Shown here in pieces: positions 1 through 8,256 of a stretch of DNA of 21,116 nucleotides (positions are counted from its first letter, which is position 1; each line of letters opens with the position of its first letter). Position numbers and translations under genes: made by a program. Under the pieces are notes generated by a model. It did no database searches and was not told the DNA's origin. It saw nothing but the letters and a program-made list of their open reading frames with translations. The stretch is from Candidatus Hermodarchaeota archaeon (GTDB taxonomy: Archaea > Asgardarchaeota > Hermodarchaeia > Hermodarchaeales > Hermodarchaeaceae): assembly GCA_016839365.1 (NCBI GenBank), contig JAEOUH010000064.1, forward strand, positions 1-21,116, read 5' to 3'.

Positions 1-469
1 CAGGTCCGCCATGCCATGGCGCGTCTTTCCAAGTGAGATCCCATAAATCTTCTTCAGTGAGGGTCTCTCTTTCGATAACGAGTTTGTAAAGCTGGGTGAG
101 GAGCTTGTGGTGGCGTTTTTCATCCTCAAGAATGTATTGGATGACTTGTTTGGACCCAGGATCCTCCATTTCGGGGATGAGCTCTTCGTAGGTGTTAATT
201 GCTTCAGCTTCTAGTTCAATGTGAGTCTGGATATCCTTACCTAGTTCATCTCGTTTGGTCTCTTCAATAAAGGGGGTTTTCGATTCGACACGGGCGAGGA
301 TGGCATTGAGCATAAGGGCGTGCTTGTTAGAGTCGATGGCAATGGCTTGGATGAGGTTCTTCACTAGTTGGTTTTTAGTGTCTTTGACACTCTTTTGAGC
401 CATTCGCACGATTCTCCCTTCAAGCGCGACTTGATTCTTCAGGAAGGCTTTGAGTTGGTCAGTATCCAT
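1..469 (-). CDS. Ferritin-like/rubrerythrin-like four-helix-bundle protein (3' end runs off the window; absent from the ORF track)
   Basis: Hand translation: MDTDQLKAFLKNQVALEGRIV...AIAIDSNKHA...HIELEAEAINTYEEL...YILEDEKRHHKLL...LWDLTWKDAPWHGGP. It shows duplicated E...(D/E)xxH diiron-type motifs and no stop to the window edge. A GGTGA SD precedes the ATG at 469; an alternative in-frame ATG is at 520. Confidence 0.85.
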   Translation of the reverse strand, partial: MDTDQLKAFLKNQVALEGRIVRMAQKSVKDTKNQLVKNLIQAIAIDSNKHALMLNAILARVESKTPFIEETKRDELGKDIQTHIELEAEAINTYEELIPEMEDPGSKQVIQYILEDEKRHHKLLTQLYKLVIERETLTEEDLWDLTWKDAPWHGGP

Positions 470-564
470 GATGTGGTCACCGCCGCCCCTTCTTTCGTCC
501 TTCCTTTTCTGTGTTGTCATTTTCTCACGTTCCCCACACCTCACTTTTCCGAATGGGGTCCAAG

Positions 565-571
565 TTTTTAT
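565..571 (+). promoter_or_regulatory. Putative archaeal TATA box for the radical SAM gene
   Basis: TTTTTAT about 34 nt upstream of the TTG start at 605; the same motif recurs before several genes in the window. Confidence 0.45.
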
Positions 572-604
572 TACACCGTAAACAGCATGTGAACCTGAGG
601 AATC

Positions 605-1435
605 TTGTCCCCACAAATCCGCATCAACGAAGTCACCGCAAAAAGCATCCTGAATCCCAGCCGTATTAGCGGGGTCACCTATGCCATCAACCCGTACGTG
701 GGATGCCAACATGCTTGTTCCTATTGTTATGCCCGATTCATGAGTAGATACTCAGGCCATCTCGGAGAAGAATGGGGCAGTTTCGTGGATATTAAAATCA
801 ATGCGCCACGGGTGTTGCAGCAACAGTTGCGACGCCGGAAGAAGACTCGTAGGGATCCTGTACTCTTTTCTAGCGTAACGGACGCCTATCAGCCGTTGGA
901 ACGTCGATATGAGATTACCCGCGCATGCATCGAGTTACTATCGCGAAATGAATATCCAATTTCTGTTTTAACGAAATCGGATTTGGTTCTGCGCGATGCC
1001 AACTTACTTGGTCGATCCGCTGAGAATGAGGTGGGGATGACCATCATTACGTTAGATGCCAAAGTTGGTCAGGTCTTTGAATCGGGAGCCGTGCCTAGTC
1101 ATCGTCGTCTTGATGCGTTAAAGGAACTGAACGCGCAGGGGATACGTACCTATGGCTTTGTTGGCCCCATTATTCCGGAATTGTGTACGGTGCACCTCGA
1201 AGAGTTGGTTCGAAAACTCGCCGATAGTGGTGTAGCCTATGCGTTATTCGATCGGTTAAACGTGAAGTATGGGAACCGACCGGTCATTGAACAGGTATTA
1301 CATACCCACTTTAGTAATCAAGCCAAGTCCATTCTCGATGCCCTGAGTCCTGGTAGCCGTTATTACAATGAGGTTCGAACCCAAATTATAGAGTTTGCCA
1401 TCGATTATGGGTTGGAAGCAGACATCATCTTCTAA
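605..1435 (+). CDS. Radical SAM protein, SplB/spore photoproduct lyase-like family (COG1533-like)
   Basis: NPYVGCQHACSYCYA (CxxxCxxC), SSVTDAYQPLE and LTKS motifs typical of the family; GAGG SD before the TTG start. Confidence 0.9.
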   Translation: MSPQIRINEVTAKSILNPSRISGVTYAINPYVGCQHACSYCYARFMSRYSGHLGEEWGSFVDIKINAPRVLQQQLRRRKKTRRDPVLFSSVTDAYQPLERRYEITRACIELLSRNEYPISVLTKSDLVLRDANLLGRSAENEVGMTIITLDAKVGQVFESGAVPSHRRLDALKELNAQGIRTYGFVGPIIPELCTVHLEELVRKLADSGVAYALFDRLNVKYGNRPVIEQVLHTHFSNQAKSILDALSPGSRYYNEVRTQIIEFAIDYGLEADIIF

Positions 1436-1446
1436 AAATCGAGCAT

Positions 1447-1725
1447 TTACACGTCCATGGGTTCTTCAACTTCAGGTGCCCACCACAACCAGGTCTTCTT
1501 TTTGATGCTCAGTTTTCCATAGATCTTGCCTTCTTGCCGTAGCTGATTGAGCAAACGACTAGGAGAGTCAGGACACCCAATTTCATGGAATAAGCGGGTG
1601 ACTTCGAAGGTTGTCAGGGGACGTTTTGCATCGCTGAGGATCATCTCTACTGCCAGAGCTGATTGAGATTCCTTCCGCTTGGGTTTAGCAGTGTGTTCTT
1701 CGTGCAAGTTGATTCTCCCAGACAA
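1447..1725 (-). CDS. Small winged-helix domain protein, putative DNA-binding
   Basis: 92 aa with an ILSDAKRPLTTFEV...CPD...LLNQLRQEGKI...WLWW wHTH-like pattern; TTG start; TTTTTAT on the minus strand at 1758-1764. Confidence 0.7.
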   Translation of the reverse strand: MSGRINLHEEHTAKPKRKESQSALAVEMILSDAKRPLTTFEVTRLFHEIGCPDSPSRLLNQLRQEGKIYGKLSIKKKTWLWWAPEVEEPMDV

Positions 1726-1727
1726 TG

Positions 1728-1752
1728 TAATCCTGTGTAAAAAGAAGGATTA
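1728..1752. promoter_or_regulatory. Inverted repeat TAATCCT-N11-AGGATTA, candidate operator
   Basis: Perfect 7-bp arms located between the minus-strand TATA-like box (1758-1764) and the wHTH start codon (1725). Confidence 0.4.
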
Positions 1753-1798
1753 GGGACATAAAAATCCCCATTCTAGTTGTAATCTTGACATAGAAAGC

Positions 1799-2272
1799 TT
1801 AGATTGTCTTAAGGTCACCCTCGATCATCTCGCGGGTTTCCTTATCTTTAACTTCAATCATGGCTTTTTTGGCAAGCTTAAGGTATTTCTCCTTGTTTTT
1901 GTCATCGCCTTTGACTGCATACCCGCGAGCGAGGGCTTCATAAGCATAGGCAAGGTCCCAGTCTCTAATACCTTCTTTCTCACAAATAGCAAGATAGGAT
2001 TTACCATAATAGATGGCGCGGTTTCCATCACCGATAGCAGCGTAGACACGGGATAGTTGCCAGTCACCACGGCCAAGGTTAATCGGTGTGGCATCCCATG
2101 CGTTTACGACGCGAACGCCCCAATGGTACCGCGAAGCATGAGATGAGTTGACCATTGAGTCTTTTTCTTCGTCGGTCAGGTCTTTTCTGTCTAAGTAGTT
2201 CCAGGTGTTGTTGAAGAGGTCAACAGCCATCTTTCTATGCCATTTTTCAAGAGTGAGTTCTTCATATGCCAT
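1799..2272 (-). CDS. Conserved hypothetical alpha-helical (TPR-like) protein
   Basis: 157 aa; FNNTW...HASRYHW...RGDWQLSRVYA...AYAYEALARGY helical-repeat pattern; strong GGAGGT SD. Confidence 0.8.
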   Translation of the reverse strand: MAYEELTLEKWHRKMAVDLFNNTWNYLDRKDLTDEEKDSMVNSSHASRYHWGVRVVNAWDATPINLGRGDWQLSRVYAAIGDGNRAIYYGKSYLAICEKEGIRDWDLAYAYEALARGYAVKGDDKNKEKYLKLAKKAMIEVKDKETREMIEGDLKTI

Positions 2273-2400
2273 GTTTATCGACCTCCTATTAGCTATTCAA
2301 TAATTTAGGCGCACTTAAAAATGGATAAGGTTTTGCTAGCAAGCCCGTTTCTATCACTTGCAATGAGAGAGTATAAACAGAAATGCTTGATTATCCTGTG

Positions 2401-2416
2401 AAACGAAATTTTTATT
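2401..2416 (+). promoter_or_regulatory. Putative BRE + TATA for the longin gene
   Basis: Purine-rich AAACGAAA followed by TTTTTATT, about 110 nt upstream of the ATG at 2527. Confidence 0.45.
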
Positions 2417-2526
2417 CGGAACGGTGCCAACTCCTAGAAGGAAACTAGGAATTCCGACGGAATTAAGAAGCGGAAGCCTTGGTAGGGAGTTCGCAACTAC
2501 TACATAGTTAGTGGAAACCGGAGAAG

Positions 2527-3294
2527 ATGATTAAAGCTATATTCATCGTGCTCAATGGTGCCTATGCATTTTCGAGGCAGTATACTGACCAAATCGACCC
2601 ACACATGCTCTCTGGGCTGCTGACCGCGTTTCGAGTTTCATCGAAGGAATTCGCCACTGGCGAGTTTCGAGAAGCAAAATTTGAGGGCTCGGAAGTCATA
2701 GTTGATGGACTCACTGAAAGACCGAATGATTTTGTAGCAATTTTTGCTACACCCGAGGAAAGACCTGCGGATTTGACAAATCTGATGGCATTAATCAAAA
2801 CGGCTTTTATCAGCGATTATGGTGATCGCATCCATACTTGGAATAGTCTACAAGGACCCTTTGCAGAGTTTGAACCGACCATTGACCAACTGATTGCCGG
2901 GTGTATTTGGTGCGATACCGAAGAAATATTGGAACCACCAAGGGTTACCTTTACCACCGATTTGGTGCCGCCCAAGGAAATCGTGAACCGCGGCAATTCC
3001 CTTAACGTCAAATACTACATCCACAACAATAGCAGCAACCCCATCCGCCTAACCGCCATTGTTAATGCCATTCCCCACTTGTTCGAACTCGACGGATTAA
3101 CCAAGAACGTAATACTCCGCAACACCACATTCCTCCGCAACCGACAACTCAACCCCAACGAAGCTCATGAATCCGTCATCCCCATCAAAGCGCGGCGAAT
3201 CGGACACACCGAAGTCGCTCCTATTCTTTTTATCACTCAGGGTAATCAGGCCTTTACTGTTCTGGGTGACAACCGAGAAATCGACATCATCTAG
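2527..3294 (+). CDS. Longin-like domain protein with a C-terminal Ig-like beta-sandwich (eukaryotic signature protein candidate)
   Basis: The N-terminal ~125 aa (MIKAIFIVLNG..FSRQY..DPHMLSGLLTAF..SKE...F...Y...W...F.EFEPTIDQLI) match the pattern of Asgard longin-like domains. The C-terminal ~120 aa are beta-rich (V.RG.SL.VKYYIHN...IP..F.L...L.P.E....IPIKA...G). No signal peptide or TM segment is visible. Confidence 0.75.
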   Translation: MIKAIFIVLNGAYAFSRQYTDQIDPHMLSGLLTAFRVSSKEFATGEFREAKFEGSEVIVDGLTERPNDFVAIFATPEERPADLTNLMALIKTAFISDYGDRIHTWNSLQGPFAEFEPTIDQLIAGCIWCDTEEILEPPRVTFTTDLVPPKEIVNRGNSLNVKYYIHNNSSNPIRLTAIVNAIPHLFELDGLTKNVILRNTTFLRNRQLNPNEAHESVIPIKARRIGHTEVAPILFITQGNQAFTVLGDNREIDII

Positions 3295-3350
3295 ATGTCT
3301 TGGAGCCAACGATGGCAATGAATTTTTATCCTCCAGGCTGAAGTAAAAAT

Positions 3351-3536
3351 ATGTTTCAGCTCTTACTAACACTTCTTTTAATCAGTAGCATGGTCGTTTT
3401 TGCATTGCTACTTACGAGAATTCAGTATCAGTTATGTGAGAAGCTGGTAGCAGTATTTGTTCCTTTCATATGGGTGGGAATGACGATGTTAAAATGGGTT
3501 TGGCGAGGACCCAAGCCAAATAGTTTTTCTAGCTGA
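3351..3536 (+). CDS. Possible small membrane protein
   Basis: 61 aa with two hydrophobic stretches; fills the intergenic gap without overlap; TTTTTAT at 3323-3329 is spaced as for a leaderless transcript. No recognisable family. Confidence 0.35.
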   Translation: MFQLLLTLLLISSMVVFALLLTRIQYQLCEKLVAVFVPFIWVGMTMLKWVWRGPKPNSFSS

Positions 3537-3545
3537 TATTGAGGT

Positions 3546-4916
3546 CTATTGAATCAACTCGATGAAATGAACCGAACAACTAATGCAAGGATCGTAGGCC
3601 CTAACTAAGGGCTCTAGCTTAGTAGCAACTGTTTTGTGGCTCTCTGGAGCGGGTTTGAGGAGTTCTGGGAGAAGCTCTTGGGCTTTAGCTTGGATGGCAT
3701 GCTCAATGGTTCGTACGTTCTGTCCAGTGGCTATCATACAGTTGACTTTGGTGATAATGCCATCTTCGTTGGTCCAGTAGTTGTGGAAAAGAGTGCCGCG
3801 TGGGGCTTCGACGACGCCAACGCCTTCACCGGCACGGGGTTCAGCGGGGATGCGGTAATTGTCTTCTTGGAGGGTGGAGTCTTCGATGAGGGTGATGGCT
3901 TGTTCAACGACGCTGACTAGCTCTGCAGAGCGTGCAAGGTTGTAAGCCATGGGGTCGTGGACCGGTTTGCCACCGAACATTTCGTAGAGTTTGTCATGAT
4001 ATCCCTGGGCGAGTTCGCTCGCCATGGTTTTAGCTACGTTAAGGCGGGCAAGGGGTCCAACCCGGTAGTTTCCCTTTTTGGGCCCAAGCTCTTTGATGAA
4101 TGGGTATTTGACCGTGGTGTAGGGCATCGCATCTTCAGCGATATAATGGGCATAGTCCTTGGGAGCGAAGTCATGAAGTTTTTTCCCCTCGGGAGTGACG
4201 AAGCGAAGGGTGCCGTCATAAATATCGTGAACGCCTTTGTTGTGTAGGCCGAAGTAATGAGTGGGATCACTGAGATAGTATCCCACTTTGGCGTCCTCTT
4301 GTTTGGCGAGTTTGAAGTAGAGATCGGCGATTGTCTGGGCGGTTTTCAGGGCTGTGGGAGCGCGTTTAGCGAGTTTATTTCGTTCTTCTTCTGGTAGGGG
4401 GCCTGCCATGCCACCGGGAATGGCGGTACAGGGGTGAATCATACGTCCTCCAACGGCTTTGATAAGGCTTTGTCCAAACATTCGAAGTTCAATCCCCGCT
4501 TTCGCAAGCTTAGGATTCTTCGCCGCGACCTCAAGAACGTTGGGTGTATCAGGGGTGAGGAAATCGGGGAGTGCCAGATAGACTTGGTGGAGTGCGTGAC
4601 TGTGGATGTATTCACCAAAGTTTTCGAGATGGCGGAGCTTGACCGCTTGTTTAGGTGGGGTAACGCCCCAGGCTGCTTCGACGGCCTTGACAGAGCCCAA
4701 GTGGTGGGCAACTGAGCAGATACCACAGATACGTTCAGAGAGTTGCGGGGCATCTTCAGCCGGGATGCCTTCCATGAAGCGTTCAAACATCCGTGGGGAC
4801 TCGATAATGTGGAAATGGCATTGATTAAGTTTGCCTCCGGTGACATCCAAAGTGATCTTAGCATGACCTTCCAAGCGGGTCATGGGCTCAATTTCGATAT
4901 GTTTTGGTTTGCTCAT
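3546..4916 (-). CDS. mvhA: [NiFe] hydrogenase large subunit, group 3c (MvhA-type)
   Basis: EPMTRLEGHAKI, L1 RICGICSVAHH, YRVGPLARLN, EAPRGTLFH, L2 RAYDPCISCSVH; 4-nt overlap with mvhG. Confidence 0.92.
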   Translation of the reverse strand: MSKPKHIEIEPMTRLEGHAKITLDVTGGKLNQCHFHIIESPRMFERFMEGIPAEDAPQLSERICGICSVAHHLGSVKAVEAAWGVTPPKQAVKLRHLENFGEYIHSHALHQVYLALPDFLTPDTPNVLEVAAKNPKLAKAGIELRMFGQSLIKAVGGRMIHPCTAIPGGMAGPLPEEERNKLAKRAPTALKTAQTIADLYFKLAKQEDAKVGYYLSDPTHYFGLHNKGVHDIYDGTLRFVTPEGKKLHDFAPKDYAHYIAEDAMPYTTVKYPFIKELGPKKGNYRVGPLARLNVAKTMASELAQGYHDKLYEMFGGKPVHDPMAYNLARSAELVSVVEQAITLIEDSTLQEDNYRIPAEPRAGEGVGVVEAPRGTLFHNYWTNEDGIITKVNCMIATGQNVRTIEHAIQAKAQELLPELLKPAPESHKTVATKLEPLVRAYDPCISCSVHFIELIQ

Positions 4917-5794
4917 TTTTTCTTCACTCCTTTGCGTAGATTATCGAGTTTTGAAGAAGCATAGGTGTACCTTGCGAAAGTTCCGGCAAGACGAGGTAAT
5001 TTGAAGTTGGCGACTTGATCCTCCTCCATCGCCGCTAGTGCATCAAGCATGGCGATGCCTTGATCCCAGACCGTTTCGGCGGGTCCACGGCAGCCGGTGC
5101 AAGGCATGTTGCGGTGAGTGCATTCGGCATTGCAGCCTGCACGAGTAGCGGGCCCCATGCAAAGAAAGCCCTGAGAGAGGAGACAGGTGCCGAGTTCTGG
5201 AATTTCGTGGGTTCGGCGCAGTTTCTTTGGTATCTCGGTTAACCGTTCAAGAGGACATTCGTCACAGACACTTTTCTTGGAAAGTTGGGGGGTTTCTCCA
5301 GCTAGCAATGTTGTGATGACTTTGGCGATTTCATCAGGATTGGGGGGGCAGCCTGGGATGACGAAATCAACTTTGACAACGTCACTGAGGCGAAGGTCCG
5401 CGGGAAGGACTTGTGGCACATTTTCGTGTGGGACTATCTTCTGAGCCATCAGCACCGTTTTATGATAAACATATTCAACACCTTCCTGAGCGTTGAAGGT
5501 GTTGGCGAGGCCATTCACTCCACCGTGGGCTGAGCAGGCGCCGAGGGCGATGAGGCATTTTGCCTGTTTACGCATGGCTTTCGCCATTTCTTGGTCATGG
5601 TCTGTGCGAATACTACCTTCAACGAGAGCTACATCTATGTTGGGGGGAATGGGATTCTTCGTATCTACGATCGGATATGAGTAGACGAGTTCGACATCCT
5701 TGAGCAAATCGAGAAGCGCTGTGCCAGTATCGAGTAAGGCAATATGGCAGCCACTGCAGCCTGCCATGCCCATAGTTGCGATGCGGACGGTCAT
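4913..5794 (-). CDS. mvhG: [NiFe] hydrogenase small subunit (MvhG-type)
   Basis: GCSGC, EGS, GACS, PGCPP, SVCDECP, CLLSQGFLCMGPATRAGC, PCTGCRGP. Confidence 0.93.
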   Translation of the reverse strand: MTVRIATMGMAGCSGCHIALLDTGTALLDLLKDVELVYSYPIVDTKNPIPPNIDVALVEGSIRTDHDQEMAKAMRKQAKCLIALGACSAHGGVNGLANTFNAQEGVEYVYHKTVLMAQKIVPHENVPQVLPADLRLSDVVKVDFVIPGCPPNPDEIAKVITTLLAGETPQLSKKSVCDECPLERLTEIPKKLRRTHEIPELGTCLLSQGFLCMGPATRAGCNAECTHRNMPCTGCRGPAETVWDQGIAMLDALAAMEEDQVANFKLPRLAGTFARYTYASSKLDNLRKGVKKK

Positions 5795-6267
5795 TCACAC
5801 TTCACCTCTGGTTTCATTTTCTTCAGCGGATTAGGCCCGAGCTGCAAGATGTGTTCATAAAACGATGACGCAGTTTCTACCCATTTACCAGCCATTCCGG
5901 CACTCATCAGTTCAAAGACCAGACGTCCACCAAGCCCAATGTCTTCGAGATCTTTGGCCAATTTCTGCATTCGTTTTTCGGCGTGGTAGTTTCCAGTGAC
6001 GAAGTGGCATTGATCTTTTAGACAGCCAGTCACCATGACACCATCCGCGCCTTCTCGAAGGGCTTCAAGGACATGAAGCGGATCAACCCTTCCCGAACAG
6101 GGAACACGGATGATCTCCACATTCACGGGATATGGCATTTTACTTGTTCCAGCAAGATCAGCCGCGCCATAGGAGCAATAGTGGCAGCAGAAACTGACGA
6201 TCCTTGGCTGAAAGGATGGTTTAGACTTTGCAGATGCTTTTGCGGGGCTAGTTTTGGTTTTACTCAT
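5791..6267 (-). CDS. mvhD: Hydrogenase [2Fe-2S] subunit MvhD
   Basis: FCCHYCSYGAAD, RVPCSGRVD, GADGV, GCLKDQCHF; 4-nt overlaps with both neighbours. Confidence 0.95.
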   Translation of the reverse strand: MSKTKTSPAKASAKSKPSFQPRIVSFCCHYCSYGAADLAGTSKMPYPVNVEIIRVPCSGRVDPLHVLEALREGADGVMVTGCLKDQCHFVTGNYHAEKRMQKLAKDLEDIGLGGRLVFELMSAGMAGKWVETASSFYEHILQLGPNPLKKMKPEVKCE

Positions 6268-8252
6268 TTTTTCGACGCCCCAATGTTTGCTAGTAGACCC
6301 TCGATTTGGGAGTAGATCTGTTTATCACGGTAGTGTCGGAGCTGAATGGCTTCGGCGGGGCATTCAACGACACAGATGCCGCAGCCCTTACAGGCGACTT
6401 CAATAGTTTTAGCAACACCACCTTCCATGTAGATGGCACTATAAGGGCAGACTGCATAGCAGTTGGCACAACCGATACAGAGGGATTCATCGACGATGGA
6501 TTTAGCAAGATCCACTTCAACTTCCCCTTTGCTCATTGGGATGGCGGCGTGAGAAGCTGCAGCAGCACCCATAAAGGAGGCTTCAGCGATGTCTCGTGGA
6601 CTGCTACAAGCGCCAGCGAGGAATATTCCATTAGTTGTTGTGTCAACTGGGGCGAGTTTCAGATGATATTCCCGGAAGAATCCATCTAAATCCACTTCTA
6701 AGTTCATGGTTCGGGCGAGTTCCTTTGCCCCACGGGCAGGAATCATGGCAGCGGATAATACGAGTAAGTCTACTGGGAATTGCTCCTGTGTGCCATTATG
6801 ATGGTCGACGGTTAGGTTCAGACTCTTGTTATTATCCTCTTTGACATCTGTAATATCTGCACGATGGAATTCTACACCTAGGCGTTGTGCGTCCAGATAA
6901 TATCGTTCATACTCCTTACCTTGCAAGCGGATGTCTTTGTAAAACACGGTAACTTGGGTGTCGGGCCAGTGTTCTTTAATATAGACCGCATGTTTCATCG
7001 CGACTTGACAACAAACGCGAGAACAGTGAGAATAGTAATTCGGATCACGACTGCCAACACACTGAATCATCCCGACCCGTTTTGGTAATCTTTTATCTGA
7101 AATACGTCGTAACTGTCCATCAGTAGGACTCATAGGATCGAGGATCCGGGCAAGCATGAATTGAGAAATCACATTGGGGTATTCACCATACCCATACAAT
7201 CCTTCTGGTTTGAAGACGTCAAAACCTGTGGCAACAATCACTGTCCCCACATTAATTTCGGTCTCTTTTGGTTGTTGGTCAAGATGAATTGCGTTAACGG
7301 GGCAGATTTGTTGACATTTGCCACATTTCGTGCAGGTGTCAAAATCAATCACAGGGGCTCTTGGAACAGCTTGAGAGTAGGGATAGAAGATGGCTTTCCG
7401 ATTGTCTAATCCATAATTATGTTCGTTAGGAACTTCAACCGGACAGACTTCCATACATTTGCCACAAAGTGTGCAAGTATCGATGTTCACACCTCGAGGT
7501 TTGCTATGAAGTCGAGCTTGGAAGTTGCCAATATAGCCACTGAATTGGGTAACCTCAGTTTGTGTATACACGTTGATTTTAGGGTCATTGAGAAGGATTC
7601 GCTTTGACAAACATTTACGAGCCATTTCTCCATGGCGCGGTGGAACACACACTCCACAAGTATCAGTCATGAAGACAAAGCCTAATTGTGCTGATTTTCC
7701 ACCAAGTGCCGGACTACGTTCAACCAAATGCACTTCATAACCATTATCAGCGAGCAGTGTTGTCGCTGCAATTCCAGCGATTCCTGCCCCAATTACCATA
7801 CAAACGGGAGGTACTTTTTGTGTTGTTGAACCAATGGACTCAAGTTCTGCTGCGCGATAGACTCCAGCACGGATGAGGTCTTTAGCCTTTTCAGTTGCCT
7901 CACCATAGTCGTCCTTTTGTTTCATGTGGGCCCAAGAGACTTGTTCGCGAATATTGACCATTTCAAAAAAGAACGGGTTGATTCCAGCGTCTATTACGGT
8001 TCGACGGAACGTGGGCTCATGTAATTTTGGACTACAAGAGGCTACAATGACTCGATTAAGCTTATGTTTCTTGATGTGCTTCTTGATGATATTTTGCCCT
8101 TCCTCTGAACAGGTAAAAAGTTGCCATCCTGCATAAGCAACATGAGGAAGGTCCTTTGCATATTCTGCAACGGCAGGAACATCAACGACTTTAGCAATAT
8201 TGGTACCACATTTACAGACAAAAACACCGATTCGTGGTTCTTCGTTCTTCAT
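6264..8252 (-). CDS. hdrA: Heterodisulfide reductase subunit A-like flavoprotein (copy 2)
   Basis: RIGVFVCKCG, VASCSP, NIREQVSW, FAD motif IGAGIAG, inserted and C-terminal ferredoxin pairs, IQCVGSRD...CSRVCC. The start is moved to the ATG at 8252 (GGAGG SD, no overlap with the upstream gene). Confidence 0.93.
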   Translation of the reverse strand: MKNEEPRIGVFVCKCGTNIAKVVDVPAVAEYAKDLPHVAYAGWQLFTCSEEGQNIIKKHIKKHKLNRVIVASCSPKLHEPTFRRTVIDAGINPFFFEMVNIREQVSWAHMKQKDDYGEATEKAKDLIRAGVYRAAELESIGSTTQKVPPVCMVIGAGIAGIAATTLLADNGYEVHLVERSPALGGKSAQLGFVFMTDTCGVCVPPRHGEMARKCLSKRILLNDPKINVYTQTEVTQFSGYIGNFQARLHSKPRGVNIDTCTLCGKCMEVCPVEVPNEHNYGLDNRKAIFYPYSQAVPRAPVIDFDTCTKCGKCQQICPVNAIHLDQQPKETEINVGTVIVATGFDVFKPEGLYGYGEYPNVISQFMLARILDPMSPTDGQLRRISDKRLPKRVGMIQCVGSRDPNYYSHCSRVCCQVAMKHAVYIKEHWPDTQVTVFYKDIRLQGKEYERYYLDAQRLGVEFHRADITDVKEDNNKSLNLTVDHHNGTQEQFPVDLLVLSAAMIPARGAKELARTMNLEVDLDGFFREYHLKLAPVDTTTNGIFLAGACSSPRDIAEASFMGAAAASHAAIPMSKGEVEVDLAKSIVDESLCIGCANCYAVCPYSAIYMEGGVAKTIEVACKGCGICVVECPAEAIQLRHYRDKQIYSQIEGLLANIGASKK

Positions 8253-8256
8253 CTTC

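Noticed and set aside
368-592. 74-aa plus-strand ORF
   Set aside because: It is antisense to the ferritin-like gene and crosses the divergent promoter; no protein features.
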